The translations under genes were made by a program, and so were the position numbers. DNA of 62,000 bases. Source: Chiloscyllium plagiosum (taxonomy: Eukaryota). Positions 49,225 through 62,000 of this stretch are shown here, in pieces. The stretch spans positions 6,388,368-6,450,367 of the forward strand of contig NC_057759.1 in the NCBI RefSeq assembly GCF_004010195.1. The letters run 5' to 3'. Numbering within the stretch: position 1 is the first letter of the stretch; each line of letters opens with the position of its first letter. The notes beneath the pieces were generated by a model. It searched no databases. It worked only from the letters and a program-made list of their open reading frames with translations, and was not told the DNA's origin.

Positions 49225-49460
49225 TCATTTTGATACAGTGAAGGCGTCACAATGCTCATGAAGGATCGGGGGAAGTCTGGTTCCTGATTGGAAAGGGTCA
49301 ATTAGACTCAATGTCAGCTCTTTTCTCTCCTTACAGATGCTGCCAGACCTGCTGAGATTTTCCAACATTTTCTCTTTTGGTTTCAGATTCCAGCATCCAC
49401 AGTAATTTACTTTTATCCTGATTGGGTAGTTTGCAGGAATGCCTCACTGTGATTGGTTAG
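49225..49460 (-). promoter_or_regulatory. Degenerate H2B promoter
   Basis: TATA-like GTATCAAAA, octamer-like ATGAGCAT, three CCAATC boxes (~49287, 49420, 49451); a repeat fragment interrupts at ~49320-49415. Confidence 0.5.
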
Positions 49461-49488
49461 GTAGAGACTCAATGTGAATCTTCAGAGT

Positions 49489-51133
49489 TAAAACTCATAC
49501 ATCAACAGGTTATAGTCCAACAGGTTTATTTGGAAGCACTGGATTTCTATGTGCGGGTTCTTCATCAGGTGGTTGTGAAGCAGGACCATAAAACACAGAA
49601 TTTATAGCAAAAGGTTACAGTATCATGCAGCTAAAATATATTTAAAAACTTAGATTAAGTGTTTCATCTTTTAAAAGGGCTTTTCTAGTTTTGGTTACTT
49701 AATATGTAAATCCCAGAATTCCTTTTAAGTCATGGTCACATTCTCAAGATAACTTCAGGTGTTCGAAGAAAATGTGTCATCTCTGCTCAGGCATTGCTTT
49801 CAAGGTGTGAGGTTAAAGTTTGTCTGTGTCCCAATCTGGATTCAGACTGGTTCCGTTTGTAAAGTGGGATTTACAGAATCTTACATGGATTGACTGTAGG
49901 TTATGCATTTTGTTGGAACAAAATAAAATTCGACAAATACAGATTCACCACATAAATTGTGGGATATAGGTAAAGCAGTGTTACCTCTGCAACCATAATT
50001 GCTTATTAACATCAGTATATAATTGTTTCAGCCAAATTAATAATTGCTTATTAACACCAGTATCAGCCAAAAGCTGAATTAATGATTGCTTATGTAAGAT
50101 AAAATGAACTAACACCAAGAATGGAAACTATGTCAAAGAAATACATAGTTGCTTTTCATTAGCTGAAATGTGCATACAGAAATGAAATGTGCCTGCAAAC
50201 AATGGAAGATGTTACAGACAAACAGATAAGGTGAAAAGAACATCAAGTTATGCCAAACTCGGCATGTTACCCTCATGTCAGCACTGAAACGAGCCAAGCC
50301 ACTTACAAATAAGGGACAAGGTAAATAAGAGTGAGGGTCGCCCGGCTTGGAGTAGGGGGAGCAGTAAATAAGGGCAAAGCACAGCTAGGCAGGGGCAGAA
50401 TACAATTACGAATATTGATAGGTTTGAAGGCCAATGAAGTAAACGGGGAAGGACTGAGAGAGACTCAATTGAACTCTATAAATTGTGGAATAATCTTTGG
50501 ATCGGGGTGCCTACTTGTTAGACACCCGTCTTGCAAGAACGTTTCAATAAAATTCGCTGCTTCAGAATTTGACTCGGACTGAAATTTATTATATGGTGAG
50601 ATCTGTTTCTCACATAAACTTATATGTGCGTGCTTGCGAGAGAGAGAGAGAGAGAGAAAGAGTGTGTGTGTGTGTAAGCTTGGTAAATTAGTGTGTAAGT
50701 GTGATGGGGTATAACCCTGTGAGAGGGTGCATGCATGGATGAGTGGGGGGATATATGTTTGTGCATATAAGATTGAGCTTGTAGATGAGAGAGGGTCTGT
50801 GTTAGTGTGAGAGTATGTAGGAGTGTGTGTGTTTGTGGGGGGGGGGAGGTGTGCATGTGTGCGACAGAATGCATTGGGGCCACATGTAGTGTGTCAAGAA
50901 CCCAAGGTCCCAGTTGAAGCCATCCCTGAACTGGGTTTATCAGCCTCTTCTCTGCCATATATCCTGGACTTCTGAAGTGTTCCCCGACTGGAAGGGAACA
51001 CCCTTGCCTGTTGATTGTTGTGCAGTGTCCATTCATCCATTGTCATACTGTCTGCTCAGTTTTGCCAAAGTACCAAGCCTCAGAGCATCCTTGCCTGAAG
51101 CGTTTGAGATAGACAATGTTGGCTGAGTCACAC
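49489..51133 (-). mobile_element. Penelope-like element 3' portion (GIY-YIG remnant), interrupted by a solo LTR
   Basis: MNGHCTTINRQGCSLPVGEHFRSPG matches the PLE GIY-YIG C-terminal motif; UTR homologous to 30082-30822. Confidence 0.75.
49958..50614 (+). mobile_element. Solo LTR (657 bp)
   Basis: TGTGGGA...TCTCACA ends, flanks TAAAT/TAAAC, TATAAA ~50477, AATAAA ~50546. Confidence 0.8.
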
Positions 51134-51134
51134 A

Positions 51135-51830
51135 GTCGGGAAATACGTCAGTCCTACCTTATTCTCTGCTTTGTTCCTGCCTGCCCTGACTGTTTGACTT
51201 GCTCCTTTTCCCATCTATAACAGTCTCACATTGATCTTTTTCCTCACTATTTCCCTGGGTCCTCCACCTTACTAGTTTAAACCTTCAAAGCAGCTGTAGC
51301 AAATCTCTCTGCCATTATGTTAGTCCCTTTCCAATTCAGGTGAAATCAATCTTCTTGTACAGGTCACTTCTATCCCACAAGAGATTCCAAAGATCCTAAA
51401 ATGTGAAACCATCACCTTTGTACCAGCTCCTCAATCATACATTCTTCTGCTATATCCTCCAATTCCTACCCTCACTAGCTCAGAGCACCAGAACTTATCG
51501 AGATATTAGTACCTTTGAGGACCTCCTTCTTAAATTCCTGCCCAACTTTCTATATTCTCCTTTCCAAATCTCATCCTTTTCCCTTCCTATGTTGTTAGTT
51601 TCAATGTGTACAATGACTTCCTGCTGGTCCCTTTTCCAGTTGAAAATATTCTGCATCCTGCTTGAAATATCCTTTATCCTGGCACCAATGGAGGCAATTC
51701 AACATTCTGATTTTTCGCTGCTGGCTGCAGAAATGTCTGTCTGTGTCTCTGAGTAGAGAGTCCGCCAACACAATTGATTACTTGGAACTTGGTGTACCCC
51801 TCATTACATGAGAGCCAGTCTCGCTCTAAT
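51135..51830 (-). mobile_element. CR1 ORF1 fragment
   Basis: Reverse complement homologous to 7760-8430. Confidence 0.75.
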
Positions 51831-51889
51831 GTGGTGCGAATATGGCAGTGTAGTTGTTTATCTGTATCAGTCTGTTTCTGTTATGTGAA

Positions 51890-52820
51890 TATAGAACATA
51901 GACCATAGAACAGTACAGCACAGAACAGGCCCTTCAGCCCACGATGTTGTGCCGACCATTGATCCTCATGTAAAGTAAACCTAATGCACGAACCCTCAAA
52001 TTTCTGTGACCATATGCATGTCCAGCAATCTCTTAAATATCCCCAGTGACCTCACTTCCACAACTGCTGCTGGCAATGCATTCCATGCTCTCACAACTCT
52101 CTGCATAAAGAACCCGCCTCTGACATCCCCTCTATACTATCCGCCAAACAGCTTAAAACTATGACCCCTCATGTTAACAATTTCTGCCCTGGGAAAAAGT
52201 CTCTGGCTATCAACTCTATCTATGTCTCTCATTATCTTGTACACCTCAGTTAGGTCCCCTCTCTTCCTTGTTTTTTCCAATGAAAAAGGTCTGAGCTCAG
52301 TCAACCTCTCTTCGTAAGATATGAGTGTAGAAATCATTGAGAGTGATAGTGTTGTTTTAAAAGGTGTATTTTGTCATGTCAATAGACAATAGGTGCAGGA
52401 GTAGGCCATTCTGCCCTTCGAGCCAGCGCCACCATTCATTATGATCATGGCTGATCATCCTCAATCAGTATCCTGTTCCTGCCTTATCCCCATAACCCTT
52501 GATTCCCCTATCCTTAAGAGCTCTATCCAACTCTTTCTTGAAAGTATCCAGAGACTTGGCCTCCACAGCCTTCTGGGGCAGAGCATTCCACACACCCACC
52601 ACTCTCTGGGTGAAGAATTTTCTCCTCAACTCTGTTCTAAATGGCCTACCCCTTAGTTTTAAACTGCGTCCTCTGGTTTGGGACTCAGTCATCAGCAGAA
52701 ACATGCTTCCTGCCTCCAGAGTGTCCAATCCTTTAATAATCTTATACATCTCAATCAGATCCCCTCTCAGCCTTCTAAACTCAAGGATATACAAGCCCAG
52801 TTGCTCCAATCATTCAACAT
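51890..52820 (-). mobile_element. Two adjacent CR1 3' ends
   Basis: SYEERLTELRPFSLEK and LGLYILEFRRLRGDLIEMYKII ORFs with 3' UTRs. Confidence 0.85.
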
Positions 52821-52824
52821 ATTT

Positions 52825-53800
52825 TGTCGTGTCCACAATAGTTAACATACAACACAATAAAGAAGAAATTGGAAGAACTTAACTCTATTGGAATACTTAA
52901 CAGAATAATGGATACAGTAACTCTTCCTAATTAACTGTTCCAATACAGAAACATCCTATAAATATCCTTAGCAAAAGACAAATTCAATAAAATAGGTAGT
53001 CTCACAACCAACTCCAGTAGCAGAAAGATAATCTGCAGCTTCTGACTGTAACTGAGAGGGGAAAGCTAGCTTTCCCATCTTCAGGATGCCAACAGTTTTG
53101 CTGAAAGCCAAAACTAAAAATGTCATTCTGTGAAAGCTTGACCATACCAATTCAGGCTCCTTCTGCTGTTCCAACTTTAAAAAGAGCCTCAATATGTTTA
53201 CTCTAGTGGCTCTGGTGGACTTCTCCACACGTCTGCAATAAAATCTCTCTTCAACAAGAAAGAAAGGACAAAATGAACATCTTAAAGCCACAATATCATC
53301 AAACCTTCCACCCCTCTTAAAAAGAACCCATCAATATACAGGGACGGCCTAATTTTTAAAAATGTTTTAGCCTTATACTATTAGTACACAATACACATAC
53401 ATTTCATTGACTCTAAGCATGCAAACACTGACTACGACAGTCCACCTTTTCCTGCTATGAAATGCTTCCATCTTTTCTCATCAAAGTCACGACAACACCT
53501 TGGCAATTAGGTTCTGACATTCTGCCTTGTATGTAATTTGCAAATTGAATGACTGTGATAATAAGCTTTATCTAAAGAGTTTGTAATTTTTGTTCATAAA
53601 TTTTTCCAAAAAACAAAAAATTAAAGGTGTCCTTCTCAAACATGAAGTATTTCTGTTGATGAGTCTTCAGTTTTCTGTAAAGATACCCAATAGGCCTCAA
53701 ATTGTTTGCTCTTGTGGCTCTGATTCTCTGCCTTAAATTTGCAATCAAGAACAAAAGGACAAAACAAATTCTTAAATCCACAGCCTCATCACGCAGTCTC
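52825..53800 (-). mobile_element. Gypsy LTR-retrotransposon 3' end (RNase H, PPT, 3' LTR 52825-53301), Gmr1-like order
   Basis: RPIGYLYRKLKTHQQKYFMFEKDT and FR*SLLSQSFNLQITYKAECQNLIAKVLS* RNase H motifs; PPT AAGAGGGGTGGAAGG next to TG...CA LTR. Confidence 0.7.
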
Positions 53801-53829
53801 CATTTCTCACTTCCTGCATTGGGAATATG

Positions 53830-56225
53830 AGAATTCATTTATCGACCTGTACCTGTCCATTTTGTCACATGAACATGTAAATGTTATCATTCATGCGTCC
53901 CTGTCAGTTATTGCAATTCAAGCGTGTGACTGTTGTTATAAATCTTCCCTCTCCGTTTCTACAGTGTGAATGTGAGTTGAGTTCTCAATCTGTATCTGTC
54001 AATTTCTGCTTGGTGTAAAAGTGTGATTGTCAATATATGGCTGTCAGATTTTGTTCTGTGAATAGTTATCAAACTGTACCTGTCAGTTCATATTCTGTGA
54101 AATGGGAGTGTTATCAACTAGTTCCTGTCAGTTTCTGCATTGTGAATATGGGAGTGCACTTTCTCGGACAGTTACTGTTGTGCAAAATCTGTCCGTGCCA
54201 TTTTCCAATGTATGAATGTAATTTTAGTTATCGTAACGTACCTTTCAGCTTTTCTTTATCTCTGCGAATGAGACTGCCACCTTCAATCTCTACCTGACAG
54301 CAGTTGAGTTTGATTGTTGATCTGAAGTATCAGTTTCCAATTAAGTGGACATTTGAGCACAACTTTTCATCTCATTTTGATACTTTCTGATATCTGAATA
54401 TGGAAGTACAGTTGTTAACCCGTTCTTGTTGCTATGTGCAATGAAAATAAGAAAGTGTGCGTCACTTTCTGTCATGTGAACATCTGAGTGTTATGAATCT
54501 ATCCATGACAGTGCCTGCAAGGTAGAGGATGTGTGTGTAACCAGCTGCCCTGTCAATATGTGTGTCATCATCAATGTCATTTTGCCTGTTTCTGCACAGT
54601 GAATGAGTGAACAAAAGTATCAATGCGTGCTTGTCAGTTTCTATCTGGCAAAGGGACATAACTCTCTGGCAGCCACTAATAATCTCTGTGAGGGTGTGAT
54701 TCATTATGTGATACTTGTTAGGAGGGTGATTTGAGGCAGATTTGTTTCAGTTCTTGAGTGTATATTTTGGATAAGAGTTAAAACTTAGCAGTTTCAAAAT
54801 TGTGCAAATGTCAATGAGCTGTGAATGGTGACATTTGTTCAAACTGGACACGTGCATTATCAATTGTGAGACAAAAAAAACAAACTGATACTTTCTCAGT
54901 TGTTTAAACATCTCTCTCTCAAACTGAGCTCAACGTGTAGCTGACCTAATCGACTCTGACAGTGGAAATGATATTCTTCACTCTGACAGCAGTAACATAC
55001 CTATTGTTTGTTAGAAACAGCTGGTCACACTTGGCTTCATACTGAGGTAATATTACATTGTCTTGGTTCTTCAAGTATTTGCCTGGAGGAAGACAGAAGA
55101 AAAATCTCCTGTAAATCACCATCAGCCAAGTTTGACAATCTCTAACTGATCAATGCAAAATTCTGTTAATAATAATTAGGATTTTTTTAAAAGCCAGGAA
55201 TTCAAACAGAACGGCATGTCTGATTCTACTCTAGCTCCATGTCTGGTGATTTTTCTTTTTGTTAATTCAATACCAATTGACTGAGGTCCAGAAATTAATC
55301 AATAACTGTACAGCTCCGCGAATGGGACTATCCAAGGCAAGTGGGGCTGTGAATATGAGTTTAGTTATTGAACTATTCCTGTCAATTCCAACTATGTGAA
55401 TAACAACCACTCTCTCACATTCTGTACTTCTAAGCTTTGCTTAAATTACTTACGTATTCAAATAGCAGTGACTCACAGCGACAAATTGATATAGAACTAT
55501 AGATCCATTAAAATGACATTGCACATAAGAGGGCCATTTGGCCTATCTTGTCCATTCCAACCTAAAGACACCAGATGGCCATTCTAATCCCAACTTTCAG
55601 CACGAACTCATAACCTGCAGCTTAGAGCACTGTCCATTTCTGCAATCTGAATGTATTTCTCAATTTGTTTATGTCCATCTCGGTTTCGTGGATATGTAAA
55701 TGCAGCTATGAATTTGTACCTTTCAATCACTTCTGCATGAATATTTGAATGGAGTTATCCACCTCTACTTGTAAATATCAAAATACAGTTATAAATATGT
55801 ATTTGTCAGTCTTTACAATGTGAACGTGTGAGTTTATTGAGCAGCCTATTCCTGTCAGTTTCTGCTCTGTTAATCTGAGAGTGTCAATAATAAACTGTAC
55901 CTGTCAGTTTCTGGTTTGTTAATAGGTGAATGCATTTTTCAACTTATACCTGTCAGTTTCTGTCAATATGCATGTGAGAGTGCTGTTATCAATCTTTGCT
56001 TGTCAGATGCTGCTATGTGAATGTGACTGTCATTTTCAGTCTCTACCTGACAATTTTGTCATGTGAACAAGAGACTGTCAATAAATGTGATGCTGTCAGA
56101 TGCTACAATGAGAATGTGTGACTGTAGTTATCAATCTGTTCATGTCACTTTCTGCGATGTGCATACATGTGTGTAGTTATCAATCTGTACCTATCAGTTT
56201 CTGCTCTGTGTCTATTGCTGTCAGT
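53830..56225. repeat. Degenerate ~45-bp tandem repeat (same family as 23920-24620), interrupted ~54650-55630
   Basis: Units such as TTATCAATCTGTACCTATCAGTTTCTGC, CTGTACCTGTCAGTTTCTG. Confidence 0.75.
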
Positions 56226-56284
56226 CTTTGCAATGTTGTCTGACCAGAGCCTTATACAACCGCAGCAGTACACCCCTGCTCTTG

Positions 56285-56504
56285 CAGGTAAAAACCAGGA
56301 CTGCAGATGCTGGAAACCAGATTCTAGATTAGAGTGGTGCTGGAAAAGCACAGCAGTTCAGGGAGCATCCGAGGAGCAGGAAAATCGACGTTTCGGGCAA
56401 AAGCCCCTCATCACCTCTATTCCTGATGAAAGACTTTTGCCCGAAACGTCGATTTTCCGCTCCTCGGATGCTGCCTGAACTGCTGTGCTCTCTAATCTCT
56501 AATT
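56285..56504. mobile_element. Palindromic hammerhead-bearing element with 10-bp TSD
   Basis: TSD CCTGCTCTTG at 56275-56284 and 56505-56514; empty site at paralogous ~4157-4166; CTGATGA 56423-56429, GAAACGTC 56443-56450. Confidence 0.85.
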
Positions 56505-57331
56505 CCTGCTCTTGTATTCGAACCCTCCCGAAATGAATGCTGACATTACATTTGCCTTCCTAACTGCCAACTGAACCTGCCTGTTAACCTGAAGAGAATC
56601 CTGAACTCGGACTCCCAANNNNNNNNNNNNNNNNNNNNNNNNNNNNNNNNNNNNNNNNNNNNNNNNNNNNNNNNNNNNNNNNNNNNNNNNNNNNNNNNNN
56701 NNNNNNNNNNNNNNNNNNNNNNNNNNNNNNNNNNNNNNNNNNNNNNNNNNNNNNNNNNNNNNNNNNNNNNNNNNNNNNNNNNNNNNNNNNNNNNNNNNNN
56801 NNNNNNNNNNNNNNNNNNNNNNNNNNNNNNNNNNNNNNNNNNNNNNNNNNNNNNNNNNNNNNNNNNNNNNNNNNNNNNNNNNNNNNNNNNNNNNNNNNNN
56901 NNNNNNNNNNNNNNNNNNNNNNNNNNNNNNNNNNNNNNNNNNNNNNNNNNNNNNNNNNNNNNNNNNNNNNNNNNNNNNNNNNNNNNNNNNNNNNNNNNNN
57001 NNNNNNNNNNNNNNNNNNNNNNNNNNNNNNNNNNNNNNNNNNNNNNNNNNNNNNNNNNNNNNNNNNNNNNNNNNNNNNNNNNNNNNNNNNNNNNNNNNNN
57101 NNNNNNNNNNNNNNNNNNNNNNNNNNNNNNNNNNNNNNNNNNNNNNNNNNNNNNNNNNNNNNNNNNNNNNNNNNNNNNNNNNNNNNNNNNNNNNNNNNNN
57201 NNNNNNNNNNNNNNNNNNNNNNNNNNNNNNNNNNNNNNNNNNNNNNNNNNNNNNNNNNNNNNNNNNNNNNNNNNNNNNNNNNNNNNNNNNNNNNNNNNNN
57301 NNNNNNNNNNNNNNNNNNNNNNNNNNNNNNN

Positions 57332-57610
57332 ATTTGTCATTATTATTGAGTTTGGCGAGTCCCGGAGCCGGCCCTGTTGTTTCTCTCTCCTGAAAGGGTT
57401 GTCCCTTTAAAGAGTCTTTCCCCTGAAGCAGCTGCTAACGGTCACTTGGGGCACGAGGCGGCCGTTAACCGCCATCTCGCGCGGGGCCTGAAGCTAAAAT
57501 GGCGCCGGGGCCACGCGGGAAGGAAAAGCGCCGAGGGAGAGCGGACTGTGTCAACATGTCCCGTTCCCGAGGGTCAGGATGGTGGTTATTGGGGGGTGGA
57601 GGGGGACAGG
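57332..57610. promoter_or_regulatory. CpG-island promoter-like segment, copy 2
   Basis: Near-identical to 4589-4808; YY1-type AAAATGGCG at 57496-57504. Confidence 0.55.
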
Positions 57611-60600
57611 AGAGATACCCCCTCCCAGTGAGGCATCTTGTACAAACCGCGAGGTCTCTCTCTCTCTATACATCTATCTCTCGAACTGACTGTCCATGAC
57701 TTGCTTTAACTCTCTGACGAGGTCGGTTAATCTCGATGACTCTGTGATCTCGTGTCTCTCTACGACTGTTTCTTTCTAACTATGTCCCTGTGTGTGTCTA
57801 TGTCTCTCTCTCTGTTTCTCCCTGCCTATGATCCTCTGTCTCTGCTGACTCTCAGTGACTCTGACTCTCTCTGACTGTATAGTGGGAGTATTGTTTGTTG
57901 CTGAACACAACAATAATTTCTGCCTTAGAAATGTGCCTAACAGTTTTGTTTAATCTCAGGCATCCCTGTGTCAGGCCGAGAGCTGACTGCCCGCTCTGGT
58001 AATAAGGAGGGAGACAGCACCTCGTTAAACCACTCGGTTTGACCCCACGTCAATGTGTTTTCCACAAAGATTGTGAGATTTACTGTGAATACTCCAACCA
58101 CAGCAGAACCGTACACACAATCATCAACACCGGCAAAAGTCAAAAGGGCAACTATCACTCTGCTGTTTCTAACCAGGAGGGAGAATCTCTCCTGATCACA
58201 AATTTCTCGCAGTTTCAGTGATCGGAGAGTTTCAAAACAACTCTATTCAAATCCACATTATCGGAGCAATGTGATCGCACTGGGGGAGCGTGCAGAGGGA
58301 GAGTTACCAGGCTGGAGAGTTTCAGTGATGGAGAGAGATTGGACAGACTACAGTTGTTTACCTGAGAGCAGAGCAGATTGAGTGTGGCGACATGATTGAG
58401 ATGTATAAATTGACGAGGGGGAATGAAATATTTCATTCCAAGGTCGGCGATGAGAAATCGGGCGGATGTCGCAAGTGAGGACAAACCTGCAAGAAATTTC
58501 GAACACGCAGAGATCAGGTAAGATTGAACGGTGAGTATGGTATTCGTCTGATTGGAAAGATCCGCAAAAACAAGCCTCTTTGGAAGCGTTGGAGAGAAGT
58601 TTTATAACAGTCAAGGTTGATGGGGGAGGGAGACATGGATGGGCTGGGACTATTTTCACTGGAGCGTACAAGTGTGAAGGGGATAGAGGTTTATGAAATC
58701 ATGGTGAGCACAGGTGAGGGGAATGGTAGGTGTCTTTTCACTTGTGGAAGGGGGACTACAAGACCAGGTGACATATTTTTAAGGTGTGACGAGAAACATT
58801 ATTAAAAATGACATGGGGGATACTTTTTTATGGAGAGTGGTTCACGTGTGGATTGAACTTTCAGAGGAATCGGCGGATAGGGAGATAGTTACAATATTTA
58901 AAAGACATTAGGTAAGTACACGAACAGGGAAGGTTTGGAGAGATATGGGCCAAGTGCAAACAAGTGGGACTAGTTTAATTTATGGACGGCATGATCTAGT
59001 TGGACAGAAGGGTCTTTTTCCTTGCTGTGTGACTCTATTATGAAGGACGTGGACAGGAAGCAGCTGTTTCGCTTAGTCGAAGGGTCAGTAACAGGGTGGG
59101 GAACATCATTTTAAAGTGAAGGGTACGAGGTTTAGAGAGGGATTTGAGGATTGTTTCACCCAGAGCATGGTGGGGATTTGGAATGTGTGAAAATAAAATA
59201 TTTCGCCTGCTGTTTATGGAAGAGAGTTACAAACCTCTCCCAGCCTTTGCTTGTGGTAGTACTTCCAAACATCTCTCCTGAACAGTCTGGCACTAATTCT
59301 CCGGCTATGCCCTCCCTAGTTCTAGGATCCCTGACCAGTGGAAACACTTTCAATTTATCCATCCTGTCTTTTCCTGTTAATATCTTCGATCAGATCATCC
59401 TTAAACTCTGTATATTCTGTACAGAACAGGCTTAATTTGTGTAATCTTGCCTCATAACATAACGCCATGAAGCCCAGGTATCATTCTTGTAAACTCATGC
59501 TGTCCGCCAATCTATCCTTCCTCGGGTGTGGTGCCCAGATCTGCTCCAAGTGGGGTCTAACCAGGGTTTTGTATAACTGCCGCATCCCTTCTGCATGCTT
59601 GTAACTCCAGTCCTCTCGATATAAAGGCCAGTATTCTATTAGCTTTCTTCAGGCAATGAATATCAGAAATAAAAAAAGAAACACAAATTGTTGGAGAAAC
59701 TCAGCAGGGACAAATATTATTTGCCACCTGGGGACTGACTGTTTACTGTTAAAGACAACTTTCCATCTTTTCTTTTGATCCTTTAGTTTTGCTGGAGCTA
59801 TGTACTGTTCAGAAAAGAACACAGGGACACACGATGGCAACTATTCATTTTGTTTACAAACCTTGAGATTCTCGAGCAAGGGGGTGTACTCTGAGAATTA
59901 TTATTAAAGGACAGGACATCAAAGGCTTTCCTTATATCTGAGGGAGGCTGTGTGTGATGGGTATGACTCAACTTGGAATTTGTAGGGTAGACCCTGGGAT
60001 CCATCTGAGGAAGACAGAACAATATTGATTCTTCATGATTTTATTCCTTAGAGGGATACATATGGTCAGAATCTTCCCTGATTGAGCCATTCCAACTATC
60101 TCACTCTCAAGTCAGAAGTGTGATGGAATGCTCCCCACTTGTCTGGATGGTTGCAGCTCCAACAACACTCGAGGAGCTTGACAATATCGAGGGACAATGC
60201 AGCCCCACTTGATTGGAACCACATCCACAAGCATCCACTCCCTCTACTAATCATGCTCAGTAGCAGCAGTGTGTACCGTCTACAAGATGTACTGCGGAAA
60301 TACACCAAATACAGGCAGCACCTTCAAAACACAACCACTTCCATCGAGAAGGACAAGTGCAGCAGATACATGTGAATACTCACCCTTAACAAGTTCCCCT
60401 TCTGGCCACTCAGTGTCCTGACATGGAAATATAACACTGTTCCTTCCCTCTGGGCAATGCATGTCTATCTGCAGCAATTCAAGAAAGCAGCTCATCCCCA
60501 CCTTCTCAAGGGGGCAACTAGGGATGAGTTCGGCAATAAACGCTGGGCCTAACGGGTGATGTCAATGTGCCATGAGTCAATAGTAAAAACAATTGTAAAT

Positions 60601-61444
60601 TACCCCAGGGCCTCCACCTTCCCTCTGAGAGCTTGTTCTGGGAGGGTAGGCACAAACTTTGTCGTGAATGTTGATGCAAAATCCTCATTCGATGTTATTG
60701 AGTCACCTGGTTCGTGAACTGATTTGAAAAGGTCAATATATAGCCAAGAGATTAGGTTTATAATCCTGCTGGATTGGGGCTGTGACCTTAATTATCACTT
60801 CATTTCTACTTTTGATGCATTGTTTGCTGTTGGTTTAACATTCTGATCTCTAACCTTTCAGTTCACTTTGCTTATTGTTTTTTTGATTATAGTTGATTCC
60901 AAAACGGTAGCAGTTTGTGTACTCAGTTTTCACCATCTCAAAACCAAGAAACGCTGGTAGAGGATATAGTATATGTACTTTTATAACATTTCTGGTTCAG
61001 TGAAAGTGGAAATTGTCTCTAGTTTATCTTAACCTTCAAAAACCCAGCCACTTTTAAACATTGCTAGTGTTACCCTTGCTTATAGCGTGGAATGAATGTC
61101 TGCCCACGCTTTTTGAATCTTTTTATATCATTTGAATTTATTAATAATCAACAATAATGTTTGCAATCATCTGAATCATAGATGGAACATGTCCATGTCA
61201 ACTAAATTAGCAACAGAATTGGAAGAGGAAATGTTGCACTGATGGATAATTGCTTTATCTTTCATCTTGTTTTGAGGGAATGTCTAAATTTTAGGCCCTG
61301 GGACAACACTCAGTTGATTGCCCAGCTAAATGTCTGAAAGTGGTCCTTTCTGGCCTTGGGCTTTGTGGCAAGGAGCCATTCACTCTGGGTCGAGCATCAC
61401 TCACATGAGGAGCATTGCCATTTCATTGTCCTGAGTGTTTCTTT

Positions 61445-62000
61445 GATGACACAAAGATAGGTGGAAGGACAGGTAGTGTTGAGGAAGTGGGGAGGCTGTA
61501 GAAGAATTTGGACAGACTTGGAGAGTGGGCTGCGAAATGGCAGATGGTATGCAATGTGGGAAAGTGGGAAGTTATGTACTTTAGTGGGAAGAATAGAGAC
61601 AGAAACTGTTTTCTAAGTGGGAAAAGGTTTAGGAAATCTGATGCAAAAAGGGACTTGGGAGTCCGAGTTCAGGATTCTTTTCAGGTTAACGGGCAGGTTC
61701 AGCTGGCAGTTGGGAGGTCAAATGCAATGTTAGCATTCATTTGAAGAGGTGTAGGATACAAAAGCAGGGATATTCTGCTGAGGCTGTACAAGGCTCTGGT
61801 CAGACCATATTTGGAACTTTGTGAGCAGTTTTGGGCCCCCTATCTAAGGAAGGGGATTCAGAGGGAGTTTACAAGAAAAATCCCAGGGATGAAGAACTTG
61901 TTATGTAAGGAGAGGTTGAGGATTCTGAGTCTGGACTCGATGGAGTTTAGAAGAGGGAGGGAGAATCTGATTGAAACTGGGAGAATTCTGCAAGTCCCAG
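61445..62000 (+). mobile_element. CR1 LINE 3' fragment (runs off window)
   Basis: LDRLGEWAAKWQMVCNVGKWEVMYF motif; paralog of 5395-5950. Confidence 0.85.

Noticed and set aside
54706..55250. Second solo LTR
   Set aside because: Begins TGTGA and interrupts the satellite, but no convincing 3' end or TSD could be defined

Overview
Repeat-dense vertebrate genomic DNA, very probably from a shark or ray (inferred from HE1-type V-SINEs, CR1 LINEs and Penelope-like elements), with four assembly gaps. Most listed ORFs are spurious or transposon-derived, and no intact complete protein-coding gene is visible. Host content: (i) minus-strand exons of a decayed or rearranged cluster of Fc-receptor-like Ig-superfamily genes (split S1/S2 leader exons, C2-type Ig exons, a TM exon, an ITIM exon); (ii) a histone H2B pseudogene that keeps its stem-loop and promoter remnants; (iii) a duplicated CpG-island promoter. 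Repeats include nested CR1 LINEs, a near-complete Penelope element, many short palindromic Penelope-derived elements carrying minimal hammerhead-ribozyme motifs on both strands, a Gmr1-like Gypsy end, a solo LTR, two MITEs, a 5.4-kb 17/34-bp TTAGGG-containing satellite and a ~45-bp satellite. All calls were made by eye without database searches.
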